Below, piece after piece: positions 37,801 through 49,266 of a DNA stretch of 64,000 nucleotides. The DNA lies in contig OZ286466.1 in NCBI GenBank assembly GCA_965644265.1, positions 38,068,001 through 38,132,000 of the forward strand, written 5' to 3'. How positions within the stretch are numbered: position 1 is the first letter of the stretch; every line of letters starts with the position of its first letter. This DNA comes from Glycera tridactyla. Lineage: Eukaryota. The translations under genes and the position numbers were made by a program. The notes beneath the pieces are model-generated. The model made no database searches, had not been told where the DNA came from, and saw only the letters and a program-made list of their open reading frames with translations.

Positions 37801-40800
37801 CGAAAGAAGGAACTGAATAAGCAATTCATTTCAGAATAAGATTTAGTGGCAACGTAACCATGTCAAATATAATGTTTTCATCCGTTAAATATTTCAAGTT
37901 CTTATCATAATTATGTATACTTACTATCTTCCATAGCAACGAGAACACGCTTCTCCAATATTTCCTCGATATTCGGAGTTCTGGCTCTGCACATCAGAGG
38001 GTGCCTGGCGAGATTGTAGGTCATACTCATGTGCGGAATATCATAAGTTGTTGTCATGGTAACCAGTTGCTGACCGTTGGCTTCACCAGGACTGATGTCC
38101 TCTTCAACCGTATCTACGGTGATGTTGTGTGGGTAGCTCAACGTCAAGTTGTGTCCATTGGAGAAGAGTTCAATGGTAGATGCTGGATAACTGTCCGATG
38201 CCACACATTTCAACGAGATGTTTTCATTCTCTTTGAATGTTATTTCCACGTCAGTTGCGATATCAATCTCTGCCCCATCTTTAATGATTACCATTTCCAA
38301 TGATTTTGGTGGTACTGAAAAGGGAACCGAAGCATACATGTATTAGCTTTTTGATATTAATTTTCCATGAACTGAATATACAAAGTATGTTTAACTACCA
38401 CTGCTGCAGCAACTACCCGCATGAAGTGAGCCTATCTAATTACAATTATCCGATAACAGTTCCCATGGTGATTTGTCTCTTGGAGTGCTGAAGTTCTAGC
38501 TACCACAAACAGCCATATCCAGAATATATTTCTATAAAGATTACTTAACGTGCCTCACCTAAACCTTACCAAAACACGTACAGTCGAACCTGTCTATAAA
38601 GACCGCCTTCGGTCGCATAAAAAAGCGGTCTTTATGGGCAGGTGGTCTTTATAGAGAGGTCATTTACTGTTGAAAATACTACCATGGTCGCAGCTCAGGT
38701 GGTCTTTATAGAGAGGTGGTCTTTAGAGCAGGTTCGACTGTATTGATGCTGTTCATTCTGTCTTTATTGGAATGAGGGGGTGATACATGAATATAAAGGA
38801 TGGATTTGGATGATGTGTCGAACCCGCTTTCTTACAACATTTCATATTCACTCTGCTTTCATACTAAATGGACATCTCGTGGTCATCTCTCCCCCATTTC
38901 TGTGTGAATTTGTATTTTCTATTAGTTCATCTATCTATTTATTTATTCATTTCATTTATCTATTCTGTTGGTTCTTCATTCATTTTTCACTCATCCATAA
39001 GTTAATCTATCTATTCATTCATGCATTAGTTCATTCAGGGCTCTACATGAACTCACTTATCCCTTGGACAGGTGAAGTGGACTGGCTCCGAATATGCACC
39101 TCACGAGGAACAACATGGGTCTTCAACTGGCATGTGTTCTTGCTTTTATCCCATAACTGATTTTTGTATCAACAATTTTTGCCCCACTCCACCCCATCAG
39201 TGGAGCAGGCCTCAGCACAGAGCCCTATTCATATATCTATCCCTTTATGCATACATTTGAAGTATAGCCATAAATCATCAAAATAGGTATTGATGCACAG
39301 GTATGGCCTGAAATGTTTGTGGGAACCTGAGATCTGGAGCCATCATGAATTTGTGTGTTGTCAGCAAGAACGATTCATAAATACCATTACAGCACTGACA
39401 TCACTCTTAATGGAACCCTTTCCATATTAAGCCAGCTTCATTTATGCCGACATAATTTCCAGTTTGACACAAATACTGACATATTGATTCACTCATAGAT
39501 TGGAAATAATGAACACAAAATGATCATGTCCATCTTCAAGGTGACATCAACCATACATCTAACATATGTATACCACATATATAAACTATCACAAACTAGA
39601 GTTAAGTATTACACTGTTGAAAATATGACACAACTTTTCATGAAAGTCGATCCAACAAACAAATTTGATTATTTGCATGGATTGGGAGTATTTAGACCAT
39701 TATAAATCGTATGCATGCTAACCCAGTGCATGCCGACTGAGGTATCAAAGGCCGGCCGTGTGTAAGTAAGTAAGTAAGTAAGTAAGTATTCATTTATTAG
39801 GGTTGCATACACATTACAAGGAATGCATGTATAGGAGTCTTTTCCTGTATGCACTTAAAAGAACCACTGCAGTCTTTTGCAAAGAGTAGGGATGGCCCCC
39901 GGCAGTGGTGCCTCTTTTCTTCAGCATTTTCAGTTTTTCAGTCTGATATAACCAAAGGTGGTTGAAAGGACATTAAACAAACCACATACTAGTATATTCA
40001 CTGTAACAATGGAATGCCTTCAAAATTCAAGGTCGCAAATAGTGTTGCAGTGATCAGGAAGGGTCAGCATGACACCGGACAGGCAACTTCTGTATTCCAC
40101 AATAGTATAAGTATTTTTCTGTCTTACAGTAGCATTCTGTGAATGCATTCCCCCTCACAAGTATCCACAGGTCATTATTTTGCACCAAAATATCAGCTCA
40201 AAAACAAGGAGGTCGACTTGATGAATTTGATGAATCCTGACACAAAAAGGGCAGGAAGGAACAGACACAAACAAGGTCGTTACGGTCGGGTTTGGTCTTC
40301 CATGGGCTATATCAAACACACAGGCCAGTGTGACAAATTTGACCCGATCAATTGAGGACTGAAGCCAAATTCATCATAATACTCACCATGTACAACGAGC
40401 TCGATAGATTTTCTCACGGTCTTCTCGCCCTTGACAACGCACTTGAATGTTCCTGAATCTTCAGGACGGACTGCTGTAAAAATAATGAATCACACTTGAA
40501 ATGGATGTCACAGGTTGGCATTTCTCGAAAAGATTTGTATCTGTGTCAAATCCATGAAATTCAAACCGGGCAGCTCAAATGGTAGATTCGATCTTCAATT
40601 TTCAACTGTGTCAATTTCATGCGGTGCTGATTTTATATAGGATTAGCGGCCTTATCAATGTAATTTCACACACCATGCGCTACCATCAATATTGGCACAT
40701 TTGACATAAATGCAATAGGACTGTAGTGATTCTTGCATGGAATAAGTCAGATGATCACTGAAAGTTCTTCATTTGTTAGTGACATTATTCAGATCATGGT

Positions 40801-43800
40801 ACATGAAGAATCATGAGGACATCATGGGAAATCTATGAACCTGACTTTTCATCAAATCTCCTTGTCAACCTTTGAATAGATACCATCTGCCTTTCAGAAG
40901 TCAAGTGCTGGCTGTATGTTTTGCTGGCGGTGGGTGCCTTACTCACAGGCCATGGATTCAAACCCCTCATGAAACGCGAAAATTGGGCTTAGGTATTTGA
41001 CACCTTTCATGGAGCTGTTGCCAGGGCATCATGTCACTGACATGCAATCAATTGAAAAAAGTGTGTGAGCATGCCTTTGTCAGACCATACTTCAACATCT
41101 CTCTGACATAAAACCTGATCTAAGAATTCACCGAGAAATACCTCAAATTCTTGACTAAAATTTCTGGTGTCACCTTTTTCTGAATCCATTGCATTTGCTA
41201 GTTGACTCCTAAGAGTGAATCATAAATTTTTAAAACTAAAAGTAGCTAATTTGACAGGCAAATATTGTGTGACTGATCAAGAAAATTCCAACTATATTAT
41301 GTTTTTGGCTTGATAGCCAACGTCAGATTCATTAGAATATTTCCATATAATTGATGTGTAGTCCTATCATTAGGTTAGTAGTTGACATAGATTTATATGC
41401 TTCTCTGAATCACAGTCAAACCTGTTTTGACTGCTTAAAGCAGGTGGCTTCCTAGGGCAGTTGAATTATAGTGAAAAAAGCCTTTGATGGGATATTGAAA
41501 ATGGCTGCTTAGGGCAGGTGTCTGCTTAGTACAGTGACTGCTTAGGACAGGTTAGACTGTACATACGTTCATCTCCCATATATATTCAGTACATATATTC
41601 ATTTGTTACCCAGAAAATTTCAAAAGATACAGGGATGGAGATTCACTGCGGTCAAGTCACTCATAGTCAAAATATTTAGGACAAAAGTCTAACAGTTTCC
41701 TGATTGGAGTGCTCTTGAAATATATCACGGGTGTTGAAAAAAAATTTGTTTCTTCGAAGGGTAGCCATACATTACACCAAACGTTCTCTCACAGGCCATG
41801 TATTGCCCAGGCAATATATTTGAAAATTGACAGAATTCTCCAGTCATACATTATCCAGCTTCGGTTGAAGGGAGGTCAAACAATACTCAATCAATCAATC
41901 AATACTCTCGTTAGGAAGCAAACTATCACATGATATAACAGCAGTGATAGATTAATCAAAGATGTGTGTCGCCTGAAGCAATGTTCCACACAATTAATCA
42001 ATATATCTCCTATCTCGCAGTGGAAAAATACTATCAGAGTCATCTTTATTTATAGCTTCAACTTTGTTTTTATGTCGACAGAACTATGGCTTCTGTGATA
42101 CATTAATCATGCAGATGATGGCTGCAGAAACAGAAAAATGCGTTTCAATCAAATGAAATCCCAAGAAGACGAATCCAATCAGAGAAAAAATATCAACATC
42201 CCCAAACCATGACGCCAGATGTCCTCACAAAGTGAAGAGCACATCTTCGTGATTACGACATTATTCCTCATCCTGTTGGATAACATTTCGCCACTTTATT
42301 TCCAATCAATTCTGACCTATCTGAGGATGTTGAATATTCCTCATCAGATGTTATACAATGCAGGTGAGGAAGAATAGAATATATGTGTGAATAGATGAGC
42401 ACTTGATTGCAGTGAGTTGGCTTCATGAAATCGCTCTGATAGTGTAGCATTTAGCACACGATCATAACATGTATGGGAAGTCTCGATAATGAGTGACAGG
42501 AACAGAATACGGCTTTGATCTGTCGATATCTTTTCAATTCTGAAATGATCTGCATGACAGAATATTGGTTTCTTCAACGCAAGCCAGAGAATCCAGAGAA
42601 TATTGACAAAAAGACATTGATGAGCTTCTTGAAAGATATTTCATCACACAAGGCGGTTTCATTTTACCAGCATTTCAGAGTGAAAAACGGAATTTTGAGA
42701 ACATTAACTGAAGTCAGTCAAGTTCAAATGAGACGGAAATGTTTTCATCCTACTGGCAATGACAATCAAGATCTGATTCAGGTGAAACTCACTGACCAGC
42801 TTGGCTGATATCTTTGGCAAGCAGAGATGAGATCAAGGTGAACCAAGTGAGCCAAATATATCAGTTTCTCACAGTGATAATAGCGAAGGCAGAGGCCACA
42901 TCCCAGCAGTTGCATGCTCAAAGCCTCACCGATAATGTCAGCAGTTTTGCAGTATGAATGCAATACAATCATAGCAAATCCTCTCTAATTGAATAAGGCT
43001 GCATTTGGGATCCAACCTGATGATCAACAGAAGTTCGGTTTGGTTGAGAATTAGTTGGATTTGACAGACTTCATCACTTTTCCAGCTAATGGTGGAAATA
43101 TGTAAAAGGTCTGATGTGTAGAGCAATCTATTGCCTCAAATTCTTCTGATTAAATTTAAATTAACCTAGAGCCACTGAGCTGAAGTTGTGGCCAGATTAT
43201 CTCGCAGTTTGTTTAATCTATTGCCTCAAATTTAGTTGTTTTCCTTGTTTGGATTTTTGGGATTGACAATTCTTGTTGATATGCATTGATCACATACCAT
43301 TGGTGGAAATTGACACACATTACAAAATGGTATATACTGCAAAGAGTGACATCTCGTGATGACCTTGGGAACTATCGGTACAAAATCATCCATTATACAA
43401 ATTTTCACCAAATGTTCATCAACACTAAATATTTGTCCTCCAAATTCACAACCAATAAATTAAAACTTGATCAAAAGTCATTTTTCAGACATGAACACAT
43501 GCCTTCTCACTTCTAAAATGATCAGACAGACACACCCTCCCTATAATCTAAGGAGAACTCATTCTGTCATGCGATCAAAATCGCACTGACAGAACATGTG
43601 ACAAAACAACAGCAAAGTTGCAGTAGCCTCAGGCTGACAAGAGCTGTTTTTCAAAGCTTCTCTGAAGCACCTAGCTAATTACGAGTGACAAGAACTTCTG
43701 GCTCAAGAAATGTCAGTTACTAATTTGTGTCCTTTAGGTATTGACCAAACATTGATTGTGATTAATTAATCAATGAAAATAAATCCGTTTAATTGATTGG

Positions 43801-46800
43801 CAGAATAGATTTCTAAGATCATCAGGGTTCTATGTTGATCAAAATGTTTATGAGCCGTCCTACCCACAAATCGATATTTTTGTAGTCATTGCCAAATCTG
43901 GATGGCCAGTCAATATACCATCAAATAGAACCTCTCAAAATTTCAGGGGTCATTGGCTACTAACCTTTAAAACATGGTAGCCAGAGGGTAAATTTGGTGG
44001 CCATTAGCTACCCACAGGTAGCAACATAGAGCCCTGTCTATCAGTTATATTAATCAGAATTGCTGAAGGATGCTCGAAGTTCTATTCCAACTTCACAAAT
44101 TAAATCAATGGTAGCGATAGGAACAAGATGTGTAATGCACATGACAAGAAGCGCCATCTGGTGTTACTATAATAAATCACACTGTGGGAAAAAATCTAAT
44201 TAGGAAATCATCCACGGTGAGAATTTTATTGAATGAATGGATGTGATCATTGCTATTGGATTGTGATGCTTTTTTATGTTCGTCACAAATTTCTGGTTAT
44301 TTCTCATAAATTTGGGGCCATGCTTTTTTATCAAAACAGCCAGACATATCACTGAGTGGATCTACTCCGAGAGAGTTTGTTGGGCACAAATGTATACATA
44401 GGTAACGTGTGAAAAGTCATTTACTCGTCAACACACTTACATGACTTTCTCTCACCGAGCTCCTGAGTTGTTTTGCATATCTTATATTTCTGTCCTTCAT
44501 CAAGGTGAATTCATTACCTACAAATATTTCAACAGTTTTATCCAACCATACATCTAGGGCAGGGCTAGTACTGGGCAGACAATGACATTGTACCAAAGTT
44601 ATCCTTGAATTTCCAGCCTGCACATGAATTGGTCAGTGCCATGATCTTGATAATCTAACCTGTTAATGGCAATGTCTCGTTATACAGCTATGTGTCTGAG
44701 TACATCTAGGGGCTAAAAAATCACAGAATTGTTCAAGCAAATGGGTCAAACAATCAATTTCATGTTCATCTGGTTTATAGTACATTGCAGGGAAGAAAAT
44801 TCTGAGAGCCACTTGTCCTTTAAACAAGTGGATTGGAGGAGGCACTTGTCCGAATCGGAGAAGTACTTATCCTGGCTGTGTGCATGATACTGTATCAATT
44901 TGGTTTGCCCTTTTGCTCTCAAGTAAAATACGATTGGTGCCCTATGTACCCCATTGAGATGCCCCTTTAATTTGCATGGCTGGGATGATTCGGGACTCAA
45001 TTGGAAAACTCATGAAATTCACAGACACTCAAGGTGTCATTCCTGAAAAACTCAACACAGCTTCTGCAGCCCAATCCTTCAATTGACTGTACCGGTTCAA
45101 TTCTTTCATCCGTCATATTTCCAGCGAATAGCTCAGAATTCTGGTCTGTGTTGGTGAGATTTTTAACAGCAAACAGCACAGGGCATGAAGAGATGGCCTC
45201 CCACATGCCTGAGGCAGGTATATTTCGAGGGTTGGCAGATTGATTTTGGATTTACCAGCCCGATGGACAAGTGGAGAATGATAATAAATGCGAGCAGGGT
45301 TAATTTCAAAGGGGCAGGTAGATTTGAAATATACCTACTCACTGAGCAGGTGGATATTTTTGAAGTTGGATGTGGATAAGTTAGTTCCCAAGATAACCAC
45401 CGTGTGAGTGGTGGCGCTTCTAACACAATTTCCAGATTTCCAGATTATTTGGTGATAGACTCGAGAACTATCAGTAGTTCCAATGGTTGATGCTGGTGGT
45501 CTGATGATAGGGGACCAGACAAGTGATCGCACACATGCAGCGCCATCGCAGTGCGGCAGTCACTTTCATAACTATTGGATTTTCAACATTCAAGATGGCG
45601 GCACGGGCCACCTGCCGATGAATAAAATTGCTTTTCGCCTTTACTTTCATGGTGAATTCATCGATATACAACAGAATGGCGCAAATCATCAACTCGTCCA
45701 ATCAGACTACCATCTGCAGCCGCATGTATGTCTGAACATGTTTTGTCATCATCCAGGACTATTAGACATAGGATTTTTCGCACCCTGCATTGCTCAATAT
45801 GGACTGATACTAAATTGAATTATATGCATGTATCTCCCCATGTATTTTCCCCACTTTCAGTACTGATATTCATTTGATACTCAGAAAAAAATCACAAGAT
45901 ACAGGGATGGAGATTCACTGCGGTCAAGTCACTCATAGCTAAACGATTTTGGATGGGACAATTTCTGCCCTATTGGCTCTCGAAATAAATATTGTTTGAC
46001 CTCCCTTCATCCAAGGCAGAATCATGTGAGACTGAATAATTCTGTTAATTCTCAAATATATTATCTGGGCAATACTTGGCCGATGAAAAAAAGAAATTCT
46101 AGTGTAATCTTTGGCTACCCTTTGACAAAGTTGCTGATTTGGTAACTGAAGATGTATTTCGAAGGTGTTTGAATAGTTGAGTGTAATTCAATAGAAATGT
46201 GAGCAGGTTATGATTTGGAATGAACATGATATGAAATTGAAATGTACAGATTACATTCTCAGAAATCATCTGATTTCTTTGTGGATCTCCAGCAAGGCAT
46301 GAATCGCTTAGTCCATGAAGAAGCAAGCTGTTTTCTATGCTGAGCTATGTGGACCACTCCCAATGAAAGCAGCCACACACCCCAGCCAGGAGCACACTCT
46401 ACTCCTCACACTGACACTCAGAGACCAAGTTGACTATCTGGTCATACTCGTGTTCAAGCTGTTTTTTGTGAAATTTTTCACGCAATGGGAGATGATTAGA
46501 ATGATACACCACTGAAGGTTGAGAGTTGTTTCACTGGATCTAAATTGGTATTATGATGGATGAAGCTGATTGGCATGAGCATGACTACATTCACACACCT
46601 GCACTTCTCACATGAGCATCAACATCTGCTGGGAATGGCCTTCCAACATTCTAAGGGTTGCAACCAGGATTTCCCCAATCTGGCGGCATTTACCTCCAAA
46701 AAATTAAGAAAAAGGGGCATTTCTTCTCAAAACTGATCAACATGGTCTACTGAATATTGAAAGGTGCCACAAAGCAGCAGATGCTTGCACTAGTAGTGGG

Positions 46801-47213
46801 CAAACAATCCACAAGGTGGCTGTCAGCATACGCATGTGATATGGTGCAGCCAATGACCATGAGTTATGGCACTCCCCACAAAAGCAAGATTCTGCCTGAG
46901 TCCATATAATTGCCCACATTAGGTGAGTGGCAACAAGCAAAATGCTTCAACTTACCTGTGACATTTAGATAGTAGAATATATTGCTTGCGTCTTGGGGAT
47001 CCTCCTTATAGCTGACTTGATATCGGCTACTGGCGACGACGTGCTCCAGGACCAAGTTAGATGTGTACATGATGTCTGATGGATCTGCCTCCTTGTACCA
47101 ATGCATGACTTCGTTGTTGCCTAGACCGATGATGTTGCACTTCAGCTGTATGTCCATTCCTTCCCTGACGACTTCTGGCTTCAGTGAGACGTCCAAAGTC
47201 GCACAAAATATTT
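34777..47213 (-). CDS. Gene B: paralogous 3-Ig-domain, probably GPI-anchored cell-surface protein; 6 coding exons found, leader exon missing
   Basis: join(46956..47213, 40387..40473, 37925..38314, 36717..36928, 35797..35920, 34777..34886). GT-AG introns, phases 1,1,1,0,1, open for about 393 codons. Motifs: IQLKC..HWYK..EDSGTFKC; LKCVASDSYP..LMCRA; PRFEC..ISCEV..NYTFVASNALG; hydrophobic tail. Confidence 0.92.
35473..35629. mobile_element. Degenerate TA-flanked MITE
   Basis: gtgaaaccctgca..gcagatttccctg|TA; gagaccacc repeats like 48986-49266. Confidence 0.45.
35797..35920 (-). CDS. Gene B exon: second half of Ig domain 3 (not in the ORF track in this frame)
   Basis: Acceptor gtggtcttttccag, donor AAG|gtcagt; 124 nt, phase 0-1; DEGRTLMQLILKIVAKQMFRNYTFVASNALGESQTTILLVE. 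Confidence 0.9.
36298..36690. repeat. (GGAT/TGAT)n simple-repeat tract; similar tract at 16340-16570; (AAT)n at 19191-19230 and 32140-32220; (GGAA)n at 10660-10700; homopolymer runs at 12238-12256, 25491-25511 and 57102-57126
   Basis: Direct reading. Confidence 0.95.
36717..36928 (-). CDS. Gene B exon: first half of Ig domain 3
   Basis: Acceptor tgattttgtgcag, donor GAT|gtaagt; 212 nt, phase 1-0; (M)SPRFECATEQRAYLYERDFVISCEVSSQP..FYWY. Confidence 0.92.
37026..37463. mobile_element. Two adjacent MITE-like units with CAGGGCTCTA..TAGAGCCCTG ends (hAT-like termini)
   Basis: cagggctcta at 37026; tagagccctg ending at 37281 and 37463; no clear TSD. Confidence 0.55.
37925..38314 (-). CDS. Gene B exon: entire CD80-like C2 Ig domain 2
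   Basis: Acceptor ggttcccttttcag, donor GATA|gtaagt; 390 nt, phase 1-1; (V)PPKSLEMV..ISLKCVASDSYPASTI..HPLMCRARTP. Confidence 0.92.
38581..38740. mobile_element. Tc1/mariner-type (pogo/Tigger-like) MITE, intact
   Basis: TA|CAGTCGAACCTG..CAGGTTCGACTG|TA inverted ends with TA duplication; internal gaggtggtctttata repeats. Confidence 0.85.
39036..39227. mobile_element. CAGGGCTCTA-family MITE
   Basis: cagggctctac..cagagcccta inverted ends. Confidence 0.5.
39760..39860 (-). mobile_element. LINE-like 3' end: AATAAA followed by (TTAC)n tail
   Basis: Minus strand ..ccctAATAAAtgaatac(ttac)6; plus-strand (taag)n at 39762-39788. Confidence 0.5.
40387..40473 (-). CDS. Gene B exon: C-terminal part of Ig domain 1 (not in the ORF track)
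   Basis: Acceptor tatttttacag, donor ATG|gtgagt; 87 nt, phase 1-1; (A)VRPEDSGTFKCVVKGEKTVRKSIELVVH. Confidence 0.92.
41413..41559. mobile_element. MITE of the same TA-flanked superfamily
   Basis: CAGTCAAACCTGT..ACAGGTTAGACTG|TA; internal ctgcttag repeats. Confidence 0.7.
41624..41666 (+). repeat. 43-bp sequence identical to 45896..45938, inside roughly 150-bp diverged homologous blocks
   Basis: aagatacagggatggagattcactgcggtcaagtcactcatag at both sites. Confidence 0.95.
43823..44036. mobile_element. CAGGGCTCTA-family MITE
   Basis: cagggttctatgttg..caacatagagccctg 15-bp inverted ends with one mismatch. Confidence 0.65.
46230..46390 (-). mobile_element. tRNA-derived SINE-like repeat copy in gene B intron
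   Basis: catagctcag A-box-like motif; co-linear similarity to 23625-23775. Confidence 0.5.
46956..47213 (-). CDS. Gene B exon: N-terminal part of V-type Ig domain 1
   Basis: Acceptor ttctctctgttgcag, donor CAG|gtaagt; 258 nt, phase 1-1; IFCATLDVSLKPEVVREGMDIQLKC..MHWYKE..SSRYQVSY..YYLNVT. Confidence 0.92.
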
Positions 47214-47307
47214 CTGCAACAGAGAGAATCACAAAATTACCCAAAATTCAAATTCTACACAAATTAATTTTTCATCAATGAAGAACCATAAATGTACACA
47301 ACAAAAT

Positions 47308-47442
47308 GGGAGGCAAATATTGCGATTTCAGTTAAGAGGCAACTATCGAGGTTTCAGTTGGGAGACAAATATTGAGGTTTTTGTTAAGAGGCAAATTTTG
47401 AGGTTTCAGTTGGAAGACGAATATTGAGGTTTCAGTCGGGAG
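47308..47442. repeat. 26-bp minisatellite, about 5 units alternating two variants
   Basis: gggaggcaaatattgcgatttcagtt / aagaggcaactatcgaggtttcagtt / gggagacaaatattgaggtttttgtt / aagaggcaaattttgaggtttcagtt / ggaagacgaatattgaggtttcagtc. Confidence 0.9.
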
Positions 47443-47952
47443 TTGAGAGGGGAATATCAATTTCAGTTTATGTAAATGCAACAACCATGACAAAGAGAGA
47501 TGGGCGCATCTAAATTTCTTATAGTAACTTACACGAATGATGGAACCAGGGTGGATGTCAAGGCCAACTCTTCAATAATGACTGCAGACTGCCACCCAGA
47601 CCTATCTTTTATCAGCAACTTGAGGTCCACTTGAGATGAAACTCAATGACAAGTGTTGCTTACATTTACAATGATCAGAAATTAGATATTGATAAAGTTG
47701 ACTCATACATTCAGTGAATATGTCAAAATCCTGAAGTATTGAATATGAGAGCTTCAGGGATTACACAATGATTTCGAATATCATTCAGACAGCAAGTCCG
47801 TTCTTCAAGTAAGCAAATTGTGTTAGACTGCTTTCAATGATTGACCTATGTACAAGTCATGTGAGCAACATGCTATTGTGAAATGTGTGAAACATACACA
47901 TCCGATTTGGATGGAGCAAACTATACTCGAACACATGCTCTCTAATCGGAGG

Positions 47953-48070
47953 TATAGTTGAACCTCTCTTTAAAGATCGCCTTTCCCTTCAGACCCATCA
48001 AAAAGTGGCCTTTATAGGGAGGTGGTCTTATAGAGAGGTGGTCTTTATAGAGAGATGGTCTTTACAAAAG
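47953..48070. mobile_element. Degenerate MITE related to 38581-38740
   Basis: tatagttgaacctctctttaaagatcgcc left end; three gaggtggtctt(t)ata-type repeats. Confidence 0.6.
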
Positions 48071-48985
48071 ATTACATGTCCTATCAATGAGTCTCCCTAT
48101 TTGTGACAATATGGCTGGTCTTAGCGCACAGCCCTGATTATGCTATGCCATATAGAGAAGCCTATCCCTTATACTGGACTTACAATAGAGCTTTTTTTGC
48201 CCGTGGAAGTCATTCACCTAAGGTTTTGCAGACCTTGTGTGTAATGATGGTACTTTCTATTTATATGAGGTTGTCATGGTTACTGTCACTAATTTGTATC
48301 ACAGCCTGATTAGCTGTGTGATATTGAGAATTTCATTCCTGGAATAATTCTCTGAGTCTTCAGGCAATCATTACGGAAATTCAAAGGCGAAAAGTCTGAA
48401 TTCAAATGATGATTAACACACTAAACTTGATAGTGTATCATGTGAAAGGTGACCTCTACAACTGTTGAGTGTTACATAAGTAGTCCTACCCATTTTGTTG
48501 TCAAACAAGAAAAAGCTATCAGTGGGATCATCAAAACAAAAATACAATGAGGGGGTGTCGGGATATTTTACACGACGACGATGGCATGGGGAAATCATCA
48601 GACTGAAGGCTAGCTTAGCTCATATGCTAATCCAAAAGAGTTCAGCTGGTTCCAAACAGAAATGCCACTCTTGCTTCTATACCACGGCCACATGTTCTGA
48701 CCAAGGTGAAGGAATACACAGGGGAACTACTTTTAGACCAACTGTCAGACTGACCAATCAGAGCTCTGCATTGGATGGGTATTGGACTACACATGACTTG
48801 ACCCCTGTCTGACCTGTGATTATTCAGGCAAACCTTCACACCCTGGTTTTGGTACAGTGAGCAGATCTCACCCTATTGGACTATGAGTATCATGCAAGTA
48901 TGTGACAGATCAAATTGGGAATAATTATGATGTTCTCTCAGTGGAGGCTAACAACTGTCTGGGATAACATCACTCCATTCATATA

Positions 48986-49266
48986 CAGTGAAAACCTGCA
49001 AAGAGAGACCCCCTGTCAAAGGACCACATCTGTGTGTGATGAGGCTCACTCTGAGATGGACGTCCAAGTGCCCTGAGATGGACTTCTAAGAGTCCTAGGG
49101 TGATACACTAGTCACCTCTGCATTTTTGGTAACCACCTCTGATGGCAGGCCGCTTTTTCAACATTTCTATCTGACTTAGTGTAAATTCCTCAGACCGGAG
49201 ATCACCTCGTTTGAGTAACCCCTTTTCGGTTGCATTTAGGGTGGTCTCTGACTGCAGGTTCCACTG
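48986..49266. mobile_element. MITE of the TA-flanked superfamily
   Basis: TA|CAGTGAAAACCTGCA..TGCAGGTTCCACTG|TA. Confidence 0.75.

Noticed and set aside
42515-42808. 97-aa plus ORF, with DIDELLERYF in another frame hinting at a Crypton-like recombinase
   Set aside because: A single short resemblance with no catalytic R-H-R-Y motifs nearby.
44417-44623. Minus ORF ITLVQC..DVW..EIFVG..IRY..SVLT resembling an alternative V-domain exon within gene B's domain-1 intron
   Set aside because: The acceptor is phase 0 and the strong donor is phase 0, whereas the real exon needs phase 1-1. The phase-1 donor is weak, and core residues align poorly with either paralog.
48481-48500. Kozak-like AACAAAATGG|gtagga as gene B start exon
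   Set aside because: It would give M-E-IFC.. with no signal peptide, which conflicts with a GPI-type surface protein, and the donor is mediocre.
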